This document shows positions 30,323 through 40,577 of a DNA stretch of 64,000 nt, piece by piece (the stretch's first letter is position 1; every line of letters begins with the position of its first letter). Origin of the DNA: Thermoanaerobaculia bacterium (GTDB lineage Bacteria > Acidobacteriota > Thermoanaerobaculia > Gp7-AA8). Below the pieces are notes generated by a model that was given only the letters and a program-made list of their open reading frames with translations, did no database searches and was not told the DNA's origin. The translations under genes and the position numbers were made by a program. The stretch is from positions 4,598 to 68,597 of the forward strand of contig JBKJQB010000248.1 in assembly GCA_046594105.1 (NCBI GenBank). Direction: 5' to 3'.

Positions 30323-32179
30323 TCAGGGCTTGTTCGCCGTCCGCCGTCGCCGCGCGTGAATGCGATCGATCAGTTTGGTGGTCGACCGGATCTGCTCCAG
30401 GATCTTCTCTTCCAGACCGGCACCCTTTGCTTTGAAGCTCTTCGCTTTCCGGAAGACCTGGCGGGCCCGTTCTTTCTCACCGCTCTCCAGCAGGGCCATG
30501 CCCAGGTGCATGAGGTTCGTGGCGGTGGGACCGAGATCGGCGGACTTGCTGAGGAAGTCGACGGCGTTCTCGTACTCCTTCCTCTTGAAGTAGACCCAGC
30601 CGAGCGCGGCGAGCGGGAACTGCTTGAGCTCTTTCGGCGAATAGCGGAGCGCCAGCTGCGCGCTCTCCAGCGCCTCGTCCAGGCTCTCTCCCATCTCCGC
30701 GAGGTTGTAGGCTTTCTCGTAGTAGGCCACCGACTTCGCGTAGTTCGAGGTGTACTCGAGCAGCATCTCTTCCAGAGCGCGGTTGGCCTCCTTGAAGTTC
30801 CCCTCCGCCCGCAGGGCCTCCACCAGCGTGGTGTAAGCGGCCGCGGCGACCACTTCGGTCGGCTTCTGCTTCAGCACCCGTCGCGACATGGCGATGGCCT
30901 CGGTGTTCTTGTCGAGGTGCGAGCAGAGCAGGGCGTACGGCATCAGGATGCTGATGTTGTCGGGATCCACCTGCGATGCGCGACGATAGTGATCGAGCGC
31001 CTCGATGTAGTTCCCCTGCGTCGCCAAGCCCTCAGCGTGCTTCACTTCCTCCGCCGCCGGCCCTTCCAGCGGGACGTGCCCCGAGATGCCCTCGTAGATC
31101 TTGACCGCCTGCTGATATTCGATCTTGTTGGGATTCAGCTCCAGCGCTTCCTGGAAGCAGTCGATGGCTTTGCGGTTCCAGTTGCGATCGAGGTAGCAGA
31201 GTCCGAGGTGATAGATGGCTTCTTCGTACTCAGGGTCGAGCTTCAACGCGCCCTGAAACGAGCGGATGGCGCGCTCGAGCTGTCCCTTGTCGTAGAAGAT
31301 CGTGCCCAGCAGGTAGTAGGCCTGCGGCAACTGTTCGATCTGGATTGCCTTCTCCAGAAACTTCTGCGCGCGCAGCAGCTTTCCCTTGCGGGCGTAGATG
31401 GCGCCGAGGGAAAAGTACGGGAGGAACGACTCCTGGGAGATCTGGATGGCGCGACGAAGCCAGCGTTCCGCACCCTTCAGATCCTGCCGTTCGTGCAGGA
31501 GCACGCCGTAGAAGACGGCGGCGTCGAAGTGATCGGGCTGCACTTCAAGTGTGCGCTCCAGGTAATGCTTCGCTCGATCGAGGTTGCCATCGTTGAAAAA
31601 CATCTCGCCCAGGAAGAACGAGAGCTCGTAGTTGTCGCGATCGAGTTTGAACGCCTCTTCGAGCGCCTTGATCCCGCGATCGGGATCGAAGGAGTCGATG
31701 GAGCCCTCCGCTTCGGCGAGCAGCTGGAGAAAGCGGTCCCGTTTCTCGCCCCGGAACAACGACATGATCCGGTCTTTCCGTTCCGTGAATCGCTGCTTCT
31801 TCTCCAGGGCCAGCATCTGCTCGCCCATCTTGGATTCCCACAGCTCGACCAGCTCATCGGCGGAGACGAGGTTCTTCTTCTCCAGCAGCTCTTTGACCGA
31901 CAGCAGGCCGGTCTGGTTGATGAAGATCGCGCGCTCGTGCTTCTGCACCGCGTCGACCACACTCCGCAAGGTCTCGGCAGAGCGCTTGACGACCTCCTCC
32001 AGCCCGGAAACACGCTCGAGCAGGTGCTCATCGAGAGAGAGGTCGCCCTCTTCCTCGTAGTCCTCGATCTCGTCTTCTTCGAACGCACTGATGCCGGACA
32101 GAACGAGCAGCTTGTTCTGGCATCGATAACAGAACTCTCGCTCGTCGCCGTTGTAGGCGCTGCAGGTTTGGCAGAGCAT
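30323..32179 (-). CDS. TPR-repeat protein with N-terminal zinc-ribbon
   Basis: N-terminal CQTCSAYNGDEREFCYRCQ motif. More than 10 TPR units (AIxxYxxAL pattern) through the C-terminal 450 aa. Confidence 0.75.
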   Translation of the reverse strand: MLCQTCSAYNGDEREFCYRCQNKLLVLSGISAFEEDEIEDYEEEGDLSLDEHLLERVSGLEEVVKRSAETLRSVVDAVQKHERAIFINQTGLLSVKELLEKKNLVSADELVELWESKMGEQMLALEKKQRFTERKDRIMSLFRGEKRDRFLQLLAEAEGSIDSFDPDRGIKALEEAFKLDRDNYELSFFLGEMFFNDGNLDRAKHYLERTLEVQPDHFDAAVFYGVLLHERQDLKGAERWLRRAIQISQESFLPYFSLGAIYARKGKLLRAQKFLEKAIQIEQLPQAYYLLGTIFYDKGQLERAIRSFQGALKLDPEYEEAIYHLGLCYLDRNWNRKAIDCFQEALELNPNKIEYQQAVKIYEGISGHVPLEGPAAEEVKHAEGLATQGNYIEALDHYRRASQVDPDNISILMPYALLCSHLDKNTEAIAMSRRVLKQKPTEVVAAAAYTTLVEALRAEGNFKEANRALEEMLLEYTSNYAKSVAYYEKAYNLAEMGESLDEALESAQLALRYSPKELKQFPLAALGWVYFKRKEYENAVDFLSKSADLGPTATNLMHLGMALLESGEKERARQVFRKAKSFKAKGAGLEEKILEQIRSTTKLIDRIHARRRRTANKP

Positions 32180-32263
32180 TTTCAGGAAGGACCTTTCATC
32201 CGTTGAGAACAGGAAGAACCGGCTGCGTCATCCTGCATCGGGTCAGCAAATCATGAACGATCA

Positions 32264-33127
32264 TCATGTTGCGTATTGATAGAAGCCGCGGCCACTCTTC
32301 CGCCCCAGCCATCCTGCGTCGACCATCTTGACCAGCAGCGGACAGGGCCGGTACTTCGGGTCTCCGAAACCCTCTTCCAGTACCCGCAGGATCGCCAGGC
32401 AGACGTCGAGGCCGATGAAGTCGGCCAGCGTCAGCGGACCCATGGGGTGATTCATCCCCAGCTTCATCACGCTGTCGATCGCGTCCGCCGTGGCCACGCC
32501 TTCGAACAGCGCGAAGATCGCTTCGTTGATTAGAGGCATCAACACGCGGTTGGAGACGAAGCCGGGATAGTCGTTCACTTCGATCGGCGTCTTGCCCATC
32601 CGCTGGGACAGCTCTTCCACCCGCTGATAGGTGTCGTCCGAGGTGGCAATTCCGCGGATGACCTCCACCAGCGTCATGATCGGCACGGGGTTCATGAAAT
32701 GCATCCCGATGACCTTGTCAGGCCGTCGGGTGGACGCCGCAATCCTGGTGATGGAGATCGACGACGTATTGGAAGCGAGGATGCATTCGGGCCCCATGAG
32801 CTCGTCAAGGGTCTTGAACAGCTGTGTTTTTGCCCCAAGGTTCTCCACGATCGCCTCGACCACAAGACCGGCCCCCGCTGCCGCGCGTACCTCGGTGCTC
32901 GAGCGGATCCGACCGACGATGACCTGCTTGTCGTCCGCGGTCATCCTGCCCTTGTCCACCCCACGCTGCAGGTTGGAGCCGATGGTGGTGAGCCCGCGCT
33001 GGAGGAACTCGTCTGAAACGTCGATGAGCATCACATCGAGGCCGGCGGCCGCAGCGGAATGCGCGATGCCGTTGCCCATCGTTCCGGCGCCGATGACGGC
33101 GATCTGGCTGATCCGGGAGGGGTCCAA
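32264..33127 (-). CDS. hbd: 3-hydroxybutyryl-CoA dehydrogenase
   Basis: NAD-binding motif [14 protein letters not shown]. The HFMNP and ...GFVSNR... motifs are classic 3-hydroxyacyl-CoA dehydrogenase signatures. 287 aa. Confidence 0.9.
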   Translation of the reverse strand: MDPSRISQIAVIGAGTMGNGIAHSAAAAGLDVMLIDVSDEFLQRGLTTIGSNLQRGVDKGRMTADDKQVIVGRIRSSTEVRAAAGAGLVVEAIVENLGAKTQLFKTLDELMGPECILASNTSSISITRIAASTRRPDKVIGMHFMNPVPIMTLVEVIRGIATSDDTYQRVEELSQRMGKTPIEVNDYPGFVSNRVLMPLINEAIFALFEGVATADAIDSVMKLGMNHPMGPLTLADFIGLDVCLAILRVLEEGFGDPKYRPCPLLVKMVDAGWLGRKSGRGFYQYAT

Positions 33128-33197
33128 ACGGCTTGGAACATATCACGTTGCGACACCCCACCTTGAGGCGTACACTCGGCGACCCGGACCGATCCAG

Positions 33198-34457
33198 ATG
33201 GCCTCCAAATGTTTCATGTGTGGCGCTGCAGTGACGCGTGGAATTCTCTGCGCGACGTGCGACAAACCGCGCAAACCGCGAGCGGATTCGAGTGCTCTGG
33301 CATCCGCCGAGATCTCCAGCAAAACGCCGCTAACCACCTCCCTCTCCGACACCCCTCCTCCAGCGAAACGGGGCGAGGTGCCCATGGGCCGGCTCTCGGG
33401 AGGAGCCGCGCCTGCCACCGCTCCCCACCTGGAGAGTTTTCCAGAAGCAGCAGTGCTTCCCTTCCCGGTCGAATCCGCCTCTCCCGCCATCACCAGCATC
33501 GCCAACCTGATGATCGCGGGCGCCGTGCCGGCACTGGTGGCCGGTCCTGACCGGCTCCTCAAGTTCATGACGGAGGAAGCGAGACGGTTGCTGGACATCA
33601 CCGGAGCCGACCCTATTTCGATCCGTGATGTCGAAACCAGAACCGGCCTGCGAATCGGAGAGCTGTCGGTTCCCGCTACGGCGGCGCTTCGTCTTCACAA
33701 TCGCAATCTCATTTTCACGCTGGTCCCCTTGTCGGGCGGCGCCAGCGGTGCAGTCCTGGTCTTCCGCGAAGCCGAGCGTTTGAACGACTCTCAGGCGTCC
33801 TTCGTCAGCTTCCTGAAGGAGACAATTTTCTCTCCGCTGAAATCGATGCGGGAAGCGATGCTCGCTGCCTCGTCCAGCCGCGACCGCAATCCCCTGTGGA
33901 TCGACTCCGCGGCCACCATCGAGCAAATTCTCTGTTCTCTGGAGATGGCCCCTCAGGTCAAGGAACCTGCGCCGGCCGCAGCGATCCCGCCTGTCGTCGA
34001 CGTGCTGCGATCCGTGTCCGCGCGTTTCCGCTCGCTCGCCGATCTCAAGACCATCGGTCTTCAGGTGGATGCTCCCGAGCTGGAGGAGACGTTTCTTCAG
34101 CACGTTGCGCTGGAAGACGCCCTGAGCATCCTGGTCGACAATGCGATCCACTACGTCCCGGACGGCGGTCAGGTGGTCATCGGCGTGCGGCTGATGGAAC
34201 ACAAGGGTCTGCCGCTACTGCTCTTTTTCGTCATGGACAACGGTCCGATGGTTCCGGAGGAGATGCGCGCGCGCATCTTCGATCCTTCCTTTACCTGGGA
34301 TCCCTCGGCGATGGAGCGAAGCGGACGCGCACTCTTCCGGGTCCGCGATTTCGCGATCGCCAGCGGCGGCTCGGTGTGGGTCGAATCGAAGAGCGGAAAG
34401 GCCTGCACGTTCTTTCTGCGGATCCGGCCGGCAGCTTCAACACCGCGGCCTTCGTGA
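33198..34457 (+). CDS. Histidine-kinase-like ATPase (HATPase_c) protein with N-terminal zinc-ribbon and no obvious phosphoacceptor His
   Basis: N-terminal CFMCGAAVTRGILCATCD. C-terminal GHKL boxes: N-box LVDNAIHYVPDGG, a G1-like box DNGPMVPEE, and GGSVWVESKSGKACTFFL. The segment where an H-box would sit (ASFVSFLKETIFSPLKSM) contains no His. The 5' 567 nt of the printed ORF are antisense to hbd. Confidence 0.55.
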   Translation: MASKCFMCGAAVTRGILCATCDKPRKPRADSSALASAEISSKTPLTTSLSDTPPPAKRGEVPMGRLSGGAAPATAPHLESFPEAAVLPFPVESASPAITSIANLMIAGAVPALVAGPDRLLKFMTEEARRLLDITGADPISIRDVETRTGLRIGELSVPATAALRLHNRNLIFTLVPLSGGASGAVLVFREAERLNDSQASFVSFLKETIFSPLKSMREAMLAASSSRDRNPLWIDSAATIEQILCSLEMAPQVKEPAPAAAIPPVVDVLRSVSARFRSLADLKTIGLQVDAPELEETFLQHVALEDALSILVDNAIHYVPDGGQVVIGVRLMEHKGLPLLLFFVMDNGPMVPEEMRARIFDPSFTWDPSAMERSGRALFRVRDFAIASGGSVWVESKSGKACTFFLRIRPAASTPRPS

Positions 34458-34487
34458 TTTCGTCCACCTCATCCCGGTTGTGGCGCT

Positions 34488-34913
34488 TCAGAAAGGTCGA
34501 TGGCCGCCTGGCGGGTGGAAGTGTGGTCCATGAATTTTCATGCGGATCGCTTCGTATTTCACTCTCTGGGCCGGATTGAGGACCGCTTCGATCTCACGAT
34601 TCGCCTGTTCGAGTTCCTGCCGGATCTGCGGCCTGACTCCGCCGGTGAGGGCTTCGATTTTCCGGTGATGCGTCTCGACGATCCGGTGGACCCGGTCGCG
34701 TTGCTGCGGGGTGAGGTTCAGCTCGTGGTCGAGGCGGTCGAGCAGCCGCTCCCTCATCCCTTCCATCCCCCGCCTCGGCGAAAGCTGGCGTCTGTGGTGA
34801 AGATACGCATGATCGCCGGCCACTCCTACGAGCAGGCCGGCAACAAAGGCGACCACCACCACCACGAGGGCAGTGGCGCGCGCCTTACTCGGCGACGCTG
34901 TAGATGTCTCCAT
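34488..34913 (-). CDS. LTXXQ-motif periplasmic protein (Spy/CpxP/ZraP-like)
   Basis: TM/signal segment followed by LNLTPQQRDRV...LNPAQRVKYEAI motifs. Immediately downstream of the anti-sigma gene. Start ambiguous. Confidence 0.55.
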   Translation of the reverse strand: METSTASPSKARATALVVVVVAFVAGLLVGVAGDHAYLHHRRQLSPRRGMEGMRERLLDRLDHELNLTPQQRDRVHRIVETHHRKIEALTGGVRPQIRQELEQANREIEAVLNPAQRVKYEAIRMKIHGPHFHPPGGHRPF

Positions 34914-35208
34914 CAACCGAAATCTCGCCGTTGTTCGCAACCATGACGGCCTCCACGGAAACCGGATCGTGCGAGGTTTCGAACCATTGGATCCCCAGCG
35001 CCGCAACGAGCGCCACCGCCGCCAGCGACGTCACCACCGGACGGAACCAGTTCGCCAGAAGCTGGGACGCCGTGAGCGCCTGCGGAGTGGTCCGGATTCG
35101 CGCTCGAACTTGTGCGGAAAGCCTGGTCCAGGTTGCCGGATCCTCCGGCTCATAGCGAAGTCCTGCCGCATCGCCGCGCAACCGCTCGAGATAGCTGTCA
35201 TCACTCAT
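34885..35208 (-). CDS. Putative small single-pass anti-sigma factor
   Basis: 107 aa. N-terminal cytoplasmic segment and one TM helix (VVTSLAAVALVAALGIQW). Start overlaps the ECF sigma stop. Confidence 0.5.
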   Translation of the reverse strand: MSDDSYLERLRGDAAGLRYEPEDPATWTRLSAQVRARIRTTPQALTASQLLANWFRPVVTSLAAVALVAALGIQWFETSHDPVSVEAVMVANNGEISVDGDIYSVAE

Positions 35209-35857
35209 GATCGGCCTCGTACAGGTCAGAAAGCTGATTCTTCAGTTTCGCACGTGCCAGCGAAAGATGGGAGCGTACTGTGCCACCACTCAGTCCCAAC
35301 ATCGCGGCAATCTCAGCATGGTCGAACTGCTCGACCAGGTAGAGGCGCGCCACGATCCGCTGCATTTCCGGAAGAGTCTCCACCGCGGCATCGATCCGCG
35401 CGCCGAGCTCGCTGGACAGCGCCGGAAGATCCGGCTGGTCACGCCGCTCCGATGGCTGCCGGTCATCGAGTGCCTCCTGCGGATAACGGATGCGACGTTT
35501 CCTCAAGTCCAGTGCCAGGTTGATTACGATGCGATAGATCCAGGGGCCGAACGGCTGGCCGGTCCGGAAGCGTCCAATCGTTTCGTAGGCCTTCACAAAT
35601 GCTTCCTGCGCCAGATCCTCAGCGTCCGCCGGATTTCGAATGACGCCCCAGGCGATGGAGACCACCCGTCGCATGTATTTCGAAACGAGGTAATCGAACG
35701 AATCGCCCTGCCCCGACTGAACGGCAGCGATTGCTTGTGACTCGGCTGGATCATCGCCTGCTGCTCGCCGCGCTTCTGGCTGTTCCACCAATGCGAACTT
35801 TAGACGATCGAGAAGGAGGGGGCCCGCAAAGGGCCCCTCCATGATCGACGCGTACAT
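35201..35857 (-). CDS. RNA polymerase ECF sigma factor
   Basis: Region 2 YLVSKYMRRVVSIAWGVIRNPADAEDLAQEAFVKAYE. Region 4 FDHAEIAAMLGLSGGTVRSHLSLARAKL. Confidence 0.85.
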   Translation of the reverse strand: MYASIMEGPFAGPLLLDRLKFALVEQPEARRAAGDDPAESQAIAAVQSGQGDSFDYLVSKYMRRVVSIAWGVIRNPADAEDLAQEAFVKAYETIGRFRTGQPFGPWIYRIVINLALDLRKRRIRYPQEALDDRQPSERRDQPDLPALSSELGARIDAAVETLPEMQRIVARLYLVEQFDHAEIAAMLGLSGGTVRSHLSLARAKLKNQLSDLYEADHE

Positions 35858-35869
35858 TCCGTTCCGGCC

Positions 35870-36325
35870 TCAGCGCATCCGCGCCAGGTGTTCCTTGAGA
35901 TGATCGGACAGCTTGATTCGCTGATCGGGCGTCATGACGTTCAAGGCCTTCGATGCGGCAGCGAGAGCGTTGCTCTTCATCGATTGCTCCGCCTGGGACT
36001 GCCGGTCGAGAATTGCCTGCGCAGCCGCAACATCGTTTGGGTTGCTCAGCAGCGTCTGGGCCACCGACGCCATCCCGCCCTTGAGAGAGTCCCGGTACGG
36101 AGCGTTCTGCTGCTTGAGGTTTTCAAAAATCGCCTTGATGTCGGTGACCTGCTGGTCGCTCAGGCCGGCGGCCTGTTTCACGCGCTCGAGGTGCCCGAAC
36201 ATCATCATCGAGCCGAACTCACCGTGCCCACCACCGTGACGCATGTGCTGTGCGTAGGCGAACGGGACGGCCAGCATCACGACGAGTGCCGCAGCGGCGG
36301 TGAATCCCAATGTACGTTTCTTCAT
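35870..36325 (-). CDS. LTXXQ-motif periplasmic protein (Spy/CpxP-like), second copy
   Basis: Signal peptide MKKRTLGFTAAAALVVMLAVPFAYA. His/Met-rich segment. LTXXQ-like motifs LSDQQV and MTPDQR. Confidence 0.55.
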   Translation of the reverse strand: MKKRTLGFTAAAALVVMLAVPFAYAQHMRHGGGHGEFGSMMMFGHLERVKQAAGLSDQQVTDIKAIFENLKQQNAPYRDSLKGGMASVAQTLLSNPNDVAAAQAILDRQSQAEQSMKSNALAAASKALNVMTPDQRIKLSDHLKEHLARMR

Positions 36326-36409
36326 GTTCGTTCCTCCTGGCTGCTTCCCAGGGGTTACGACCGCTTGCCGCAAACGTTGAACGGTATACTCCGGCCAGAC
36401 CTCCTGCCC

Positions 36410-37777
36410 ATGCGTTCAATCACCCTCGGAATCCTGCTCTTCGTGGCGGTCTTTGGCACCGCATCCGGCCAGCCTCTGGCGTGCCCGCCTGCCCCCAATC
36501 TGACCGGACGCCCATGCGAGACCTTCCATTACCACGTCCAGTTGTATCGCCCCGACAGCCGCACCTTCGTGGAGCTCTACGGCATCAACCAGTTCTCCAG
36601 CCAGAGCGCTTGCGACAGCGCCCGCGACAGCCAGCAAAAGCGGAACATGGCGGTGATCGAGTTCTATCGAACCAAGAAGAACGACACCCAGTACCAGCCC
36701 GATCGCGTCGGCGCTTGCCACTGCGACAATACCATCGACAAGTCGAGCACCAACTATCTGACGGACACCCAGCGGCTCATTCAGATGCGGACTGCCGAGG
36801 ACATCCGGCAGCGCGTCCGCGAGCGTCTCATGGATGCCGAGGTGCCCTCGGACTCCGAGATCCTGAGGACCTCGACGCAGCAAGTCGGGGTGACATCGCT
36901 GTTGGGAGGACCGAGACTGACCTCCATGCCGGCCCGAGTGTCAGTGGCCGACGTAACCCGATCAGCCGAAGATCTCAAGAGCACCAGGACTGCGGAGACC
37001 TCCGCGCCTTCCGCCGTCTCCATCGATTTGCCGCTGGTGGACATCCAGGGAACTGCGGCTGGAGCTGCGGTCCCCGACTTTGCACTCCCCGGAACGCCAG
37101 CATCAGGAACGCCACCAGCCGCATCCGTGGTCACTCCGGTCGAGGCCAAACCCGCCTCTGTTGCACCCTCAACGCCCCCGCCCGCATCGCCTGCTGCAGC
37201 TTCGGTTTCGATGGCCGAACCCGCAGCCGGTGGCACCTCCACGGTGCCGGTCTCCTCTGCACCCTCCCCCGCACCGACTTCAGCCTCAGAGCCTCCGGCA
37301 AGCTCCGCGGAGGAAGCTGCGGATGCCTTCGTTAGCTACGAAACGCAGCGCATCCAACTCGTGTTGCAGGCGAGCAGCGCCATCACCGATGAATCCACCA
37401 GATCGAAAGTGCTGGAGGCCTGCATGCAGCGAATCCAGCTTTTGTCGAACCTGCGGTCCCTGATTCAGGGATCGGGCGCGCGCAGCCGGCTCGCTGCCGC
37501 TGCCCGCGGCGCGAAAACGGAAAGCGAGCGGCTGGCCATGATTGCCAGGGTATTCGGGACTGATATGCAGCGGCACTGGGCTCCCAAAGACGCCAGTGAC
37601 GTCATGCTGACCACGGACGCTGCCGACGCGGACCCGGAGAAGGTCCTGCGCGATTCGAGCAATCTCTTCACCGATCAGCAGAAAAAGCGGGCCCTGTATT
37701 CTCTGCTCGCGCACTCCCAACCCACCGAGGAGCAGCAGCTCTGGCTGACCACGGTGGTCGACTCTTTCCTTCAGTGA
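36410..37777 (+). CDS. Secreted hypothetical protein: Cys-rich N-terminal domain, long Pro/Ala/Ser-rich linker, helical C-terminal domain
   Basis: Signal peptide MRSITLGILLFVAVFGTASG. Six Cys in the first 110 mature residues. Low-complexity PAS-rich region. The printed ORF start at 35888 is antisense to the neighbouring gene. Confidence 0.5.
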   Translation: MRSITLGILLFVAVFGTASGQPLACPPAPNLTGRPCETFHYHVQLYRPDSRTFVELYGINQFSSQSACDSARDSQQKRNMAVIEFYRTKKNDTQYQPDRVGACHCDNTIDKSSTNYLTDTQRLIQMRTAEDIRQRVRERLMDAEVPSDSEILRTSTQQVGVTSLLGGPRLTSMPARVSVADVTRSAEDLKSTRTAETSAPSAVSIDLPLVDIQGTAAGAAVPDFALPGTPASGTPPAASVVTPVEAKPASVAPSTPPPASPAAASVSMAEPAAGGTSTVPVSSAPSPAPTSASEPPASSAEEAADAFVSYETQRIQLVLQASSAITDESTRSKVLEACMQRIQLLSNLRSLIQGSGARSRLAAAARGAKTESERLAMIARVFGTDMQRHWAPKDASDVMLTTDAADADPEKVLRDSSNLFTDQQKKRALYSLLAHSQPTEEQQLWLTTVVDSFLQ

Positions 37778-37789
37778 GGCCACGTAACG

Positions 37790-39556
37790 ATGAACGATCG
37801 GAAGCTGAAGAGACAGGCATCATCGATGGCAACGCGGGATGTGGTCATGGCGCTTGCGGTTGCCATCAGCCTGCTGACCGCTCACCCGCTGTCTGCTCAG
37901 CCCACTCCCTCTCCGGCCCCAACCGCAACCGCTCATAAGGTGACGCCAACTGCCACAGCGCCGGCTACCGGAGCCTCTTCGAAGGCCTACAGCGAAGACT
38001 TCACAAAGGCGGTTTTCTTCGGAAAGAAGTTTGCGGACATGCGCGACTATGCGGCCGCCTATCAGCAGTTCGCAAAAGCAGACGCCCTGCAGCCGGATCA
38101 GGCTCCGGTGCTTTACAACATGGCGGTGGTCCTGGCCAGGTCGGGCCGCTACTCCGAGGCGCAGTCCAAAGCCGACCGTTATCTGCAGCTCTACCCAAAC
38201 GGGTCGGAGCACGAGCTGATGGCGAAACTGCAACTTGAGCTGGAGTTTCAGCGCGAGCTGCAGAAGAGGCGGCAGGCCGATCAAGACTACGGAGAGCTTT
38301 TCGGCCGCGGCAAGTTTCTCTACGCAAAGAACGACCTCGAGGGCGCCCTGAAGCAGTTCCAGGATGCCGAGCAGCGGAAGCCGACGGATGCAGCAGCCGT
38401 CTTCAATCAGGCGGTGGTTTACGAAAAGATGGCCGACTTCACCAAGGCGGCGGAACGCTTTCACCGGTACGAAGAGCTCGAAAGCGACTCCGCTCAGAAG
38501 ACGATCACCGATCAGCGCATCCTCGGTCTGGAGAGCGAGATCGCCGACATGAAGACCAGGATCGTCTGCCCCTTCTGCGGCCTTCGCATCCTCATCGGGC
38601 AACTGTGGTGCCCCCGCTGCTGGCACGGTCCCTACCTCACATCGAGCGCCATCTGGAGCTCACGGCCGTGCATGGAGGGAGCGACCGCGACGCGAGCGGT
38701 CTACTACGCGGACGGTCGCTTCGCGCGCAACGATGTCCTTCCCTGCCTCTTCAACGGCACCATGCTCGAGGCACTTCGGTACACGGCCGCCCGGCAACGT
38801 GCCATTCAGGAAGCCCGCAAGACCGAGGGCTGGACCTACAACGGCGACATCATTCAAGGCTGGAAAGACAAGCTTGGAAACGAAGTGCGCTTCGTTCAGG
38901 GACCCGACTATCTCGAGAAGGGCGTCACCACCGCGGGCGACATCCTTCTTTATGCGGCACACAAGAGCGGCGACTCGAACCTCTGGCTCATGGATAGGGA
39001 AGACGTGCTGATCGACGGGCAGAAGTACACCAACCACTACACGTTCGACTCGCAGAACCGCGTGGCGCAGCAGCAGACTGAGTACCAGAACACCGCCGCC
39101 TGCAATCACCTCATCAGCAGCACCGCTGACTACACCTACCAGAACGACGCCCTCACCTCGGTCAAGATCAGCGGCGGTTACGACGGCTACACCACCGAGG
39201 GCCTGCCGCACACGTCGTGGCAGACTGTCGCCACCATCGCCTACGATGCTGCTGGTCGCGCGATCAAAGAAGATCTGGCCCTGACCGCATTCGACAAGAC
39301 TTACACCACCAAACCGTACGGCGCCCAACGGGACGAGATCCAGAAGATCTACCCATCGGTGCGCTACAAGAAGCCGATGGAGAACATGATGCGCAGCGGC
39401 GACCTGTGCGGAACGGCTGGTAACACCACGCTCGGCAACCAGGTCGATCTGCGCCCCTTCTACGCCATCTCCCCCAACCTGGCCATCGCCCTAGGCTTCG
39501 GAGTGACCCGCGCCAGTGTCACGTTCACGTATCCCGATTCCTACAGGGTCCGATAA
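37790..39556 (+). CDS. Secreted TPR-repeat protein with central zinc-ribbon and C-terminal YD/Rhs-like repeat region
   Basis: Signal peptide. TPR units. CPFCGLRILIGQLWCPRCWHG. C-terminal motifs YTFDSQNRV and IAYDAAGRAIK resemble YD repeats. Confidence 0.55.
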   Translation: MNDRKLKRQASSMATRDVVMALAVAISLLTAHPLSAQPTPSPAPTATAHKVTPTATAPATGASSKAYSEDFTKAVFFGKKFADMRDYAAAYQQFAKADALQPDQAPVLYNMAVVLARSGRYSEAQSKADRYLQLYPNGSEHELMAKLQLELEFQRELQKRRQADQDYGELFGRGKFLYAKNDLEGALKQFQDAEQRKPTDAAAVFNQAVVYEKMADFTKAAERFHRYEELESDSAQKTITDQRILGLESEIADMKTRIVCPFCGLRILIGQLWCPRCWHGPYLTSSAIWSSRPCMEGATATRAVYYADGRFARNDVLPCLFNGTMLEALRYTAARQRAIQEARKTEGWTYNGDIIQGWKDKLGNEVRFVQGPDYLEKGVTTAGDILLYAAHKSGDSNLWLMDREDVLIDGQKYTNHYTFDSQNRVAQQQTEYQNTAACNHLISSTADYTYQNDALTSVKISGGYDGYTTEGLPHTSWQTVATIAYDAAGRAIKEDLALTAFDKTYTTKPYGAQRDEIQKIYPSVRYKKPMENMMRSGDLCGTAGNTTLGNQVDLRPFYAISPNLAIALGFGVTRASVTFTYPDSYRVR

Positions 39557-39620
39557 CCGGCCGTCGGCGTTCGAGATCCGCTTGCTTTGTGCTGTTCCCT
39601 ACAGTCAGCAAGAGGCCACA

Positions 39621-40538
39621 CTACTCCGCGGCACTGTACGGCACGCAGTAGGGATCGTTTTTGTCGCAGTTGGCGAACTCGAACTGGATGGTGGTGTGGG
39701 CGATGCCGAAGTCGTGGGCCAGCAACTCATTGATTTGCGAGAGGACGTTGCCCGTCACCCGCACCGTTACGTCGTCGACCATGAGGTGACAGGACAACGC
39801 CGGTCGTGCTGCGCCGAGCGCCCAGATGTGCAGATGGTGAACGCCGTTGACGCCGGGGACCGCGGCGATGGCCTGGCTCACCGTCTCCGGATCGATTCCT
39901 GAAGGCGTGCCTTCCAGCAGCAGGTTGATCGCTTCGCGCAGGATCCCCCAGCTGCTCCACAGGATCAGGACGCCGATGATCATCGACGTCGCCGGATCCC
40001 AGAAGGCCTGCCCGGTGGAGCGGATGAGCAAGGCGGCCACGATGATGCCGGCCGAGGCGATGGCATCACCGAGCATGTGCAGTGAGGCGCTGCGAACGTT
40101 CAGGTCGTGCTTCCCTTCCGAGCGGAGGGAGAGCGTGATTGCCCCGTTGAGCACAACGGCGACGATTGCGGTCAGCAGCATGGCCCCGCTATCGACCGCG
40201 GACGGATGTCGCAACCGGTCTGCCGATTCGATGAACAGGAAGATGGTCAGCGCCACCAGAACTCCGGCGTTGATGAAAGCGGCCAGCACACCCGCCCGTT
40301 GATAGCCGTAGGACTTTGCGGAAGTGGCAGGCCGTCGCTCCAGCCGGATGGCAAACAGTGCGAGCAGCAGCGCCAGGGTGTCGGTGAAGTTGTGGAAGGC
40401 GTCGCCAATCAGGGCGAGGGAATGAGCCCGGATTCCCACCGTCAGCTCGATCACGACAAACGAAAGGGTGGCGCACGAAGCGATGATCAGCTTGCGCGAA
40501 ACGCCTGTGGCGCCTGAGTGATGCGCGTGATTGTGCAT
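39621..40538 (-). CDS. Cation diffusion facilitator family transporter (CzcD-like)
   Basis: Six TM helices. Motifs SLALIGDAFHNFTD and HLHIWAL. His-rich N-terminus MHNHAHHSG. Confidence 0.9.
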   Translation of the reverse strand: MHNHAHHSGATGVSRKLIIASCATLSFVVIELTVGIRAHSLALIGDAFHNFTDTLALLLALFAIRLERRPATSAKSYGYQRAGVLAAFINAGVLVALTIFLFIESADRLRHPSAVDSGAMLLTAIVAVVLNGAITLSLRSEGKHDLNVRSASLHMLGDAIASAGIIVAALLIRSTGQAFWDPATSMIIGVLILWSSWGILREAINLLLEGTPSGIDPETVSQAIAAVPGVNGVHHLHIWALGAARPALSCHLMVDDVTVRVTGNVLSQINELLAHDFGIAHTTIQFEFANCDKNDPYCVPYSAAE

Positions 40539-40577
40539 GGGTCTGTTCGACGGGCCGCGGTCAGCCGAGGAGCGTGA

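Noticed and set aside
30356-32206. 616-aa plus-strand ORF
   Set aside because: Antisense to the TPR/zinc-ribbon gene. No domain signal.
32631-33197. The 5' 567 nt of ORF 32631..34457
   Set aside because: This part is antisense to the well-supported hbd gene. The real protein most likely begins at the in-frame Met at 33198 (zinc-ribbon N-terminus), in the hbd-divergent intergenic region.
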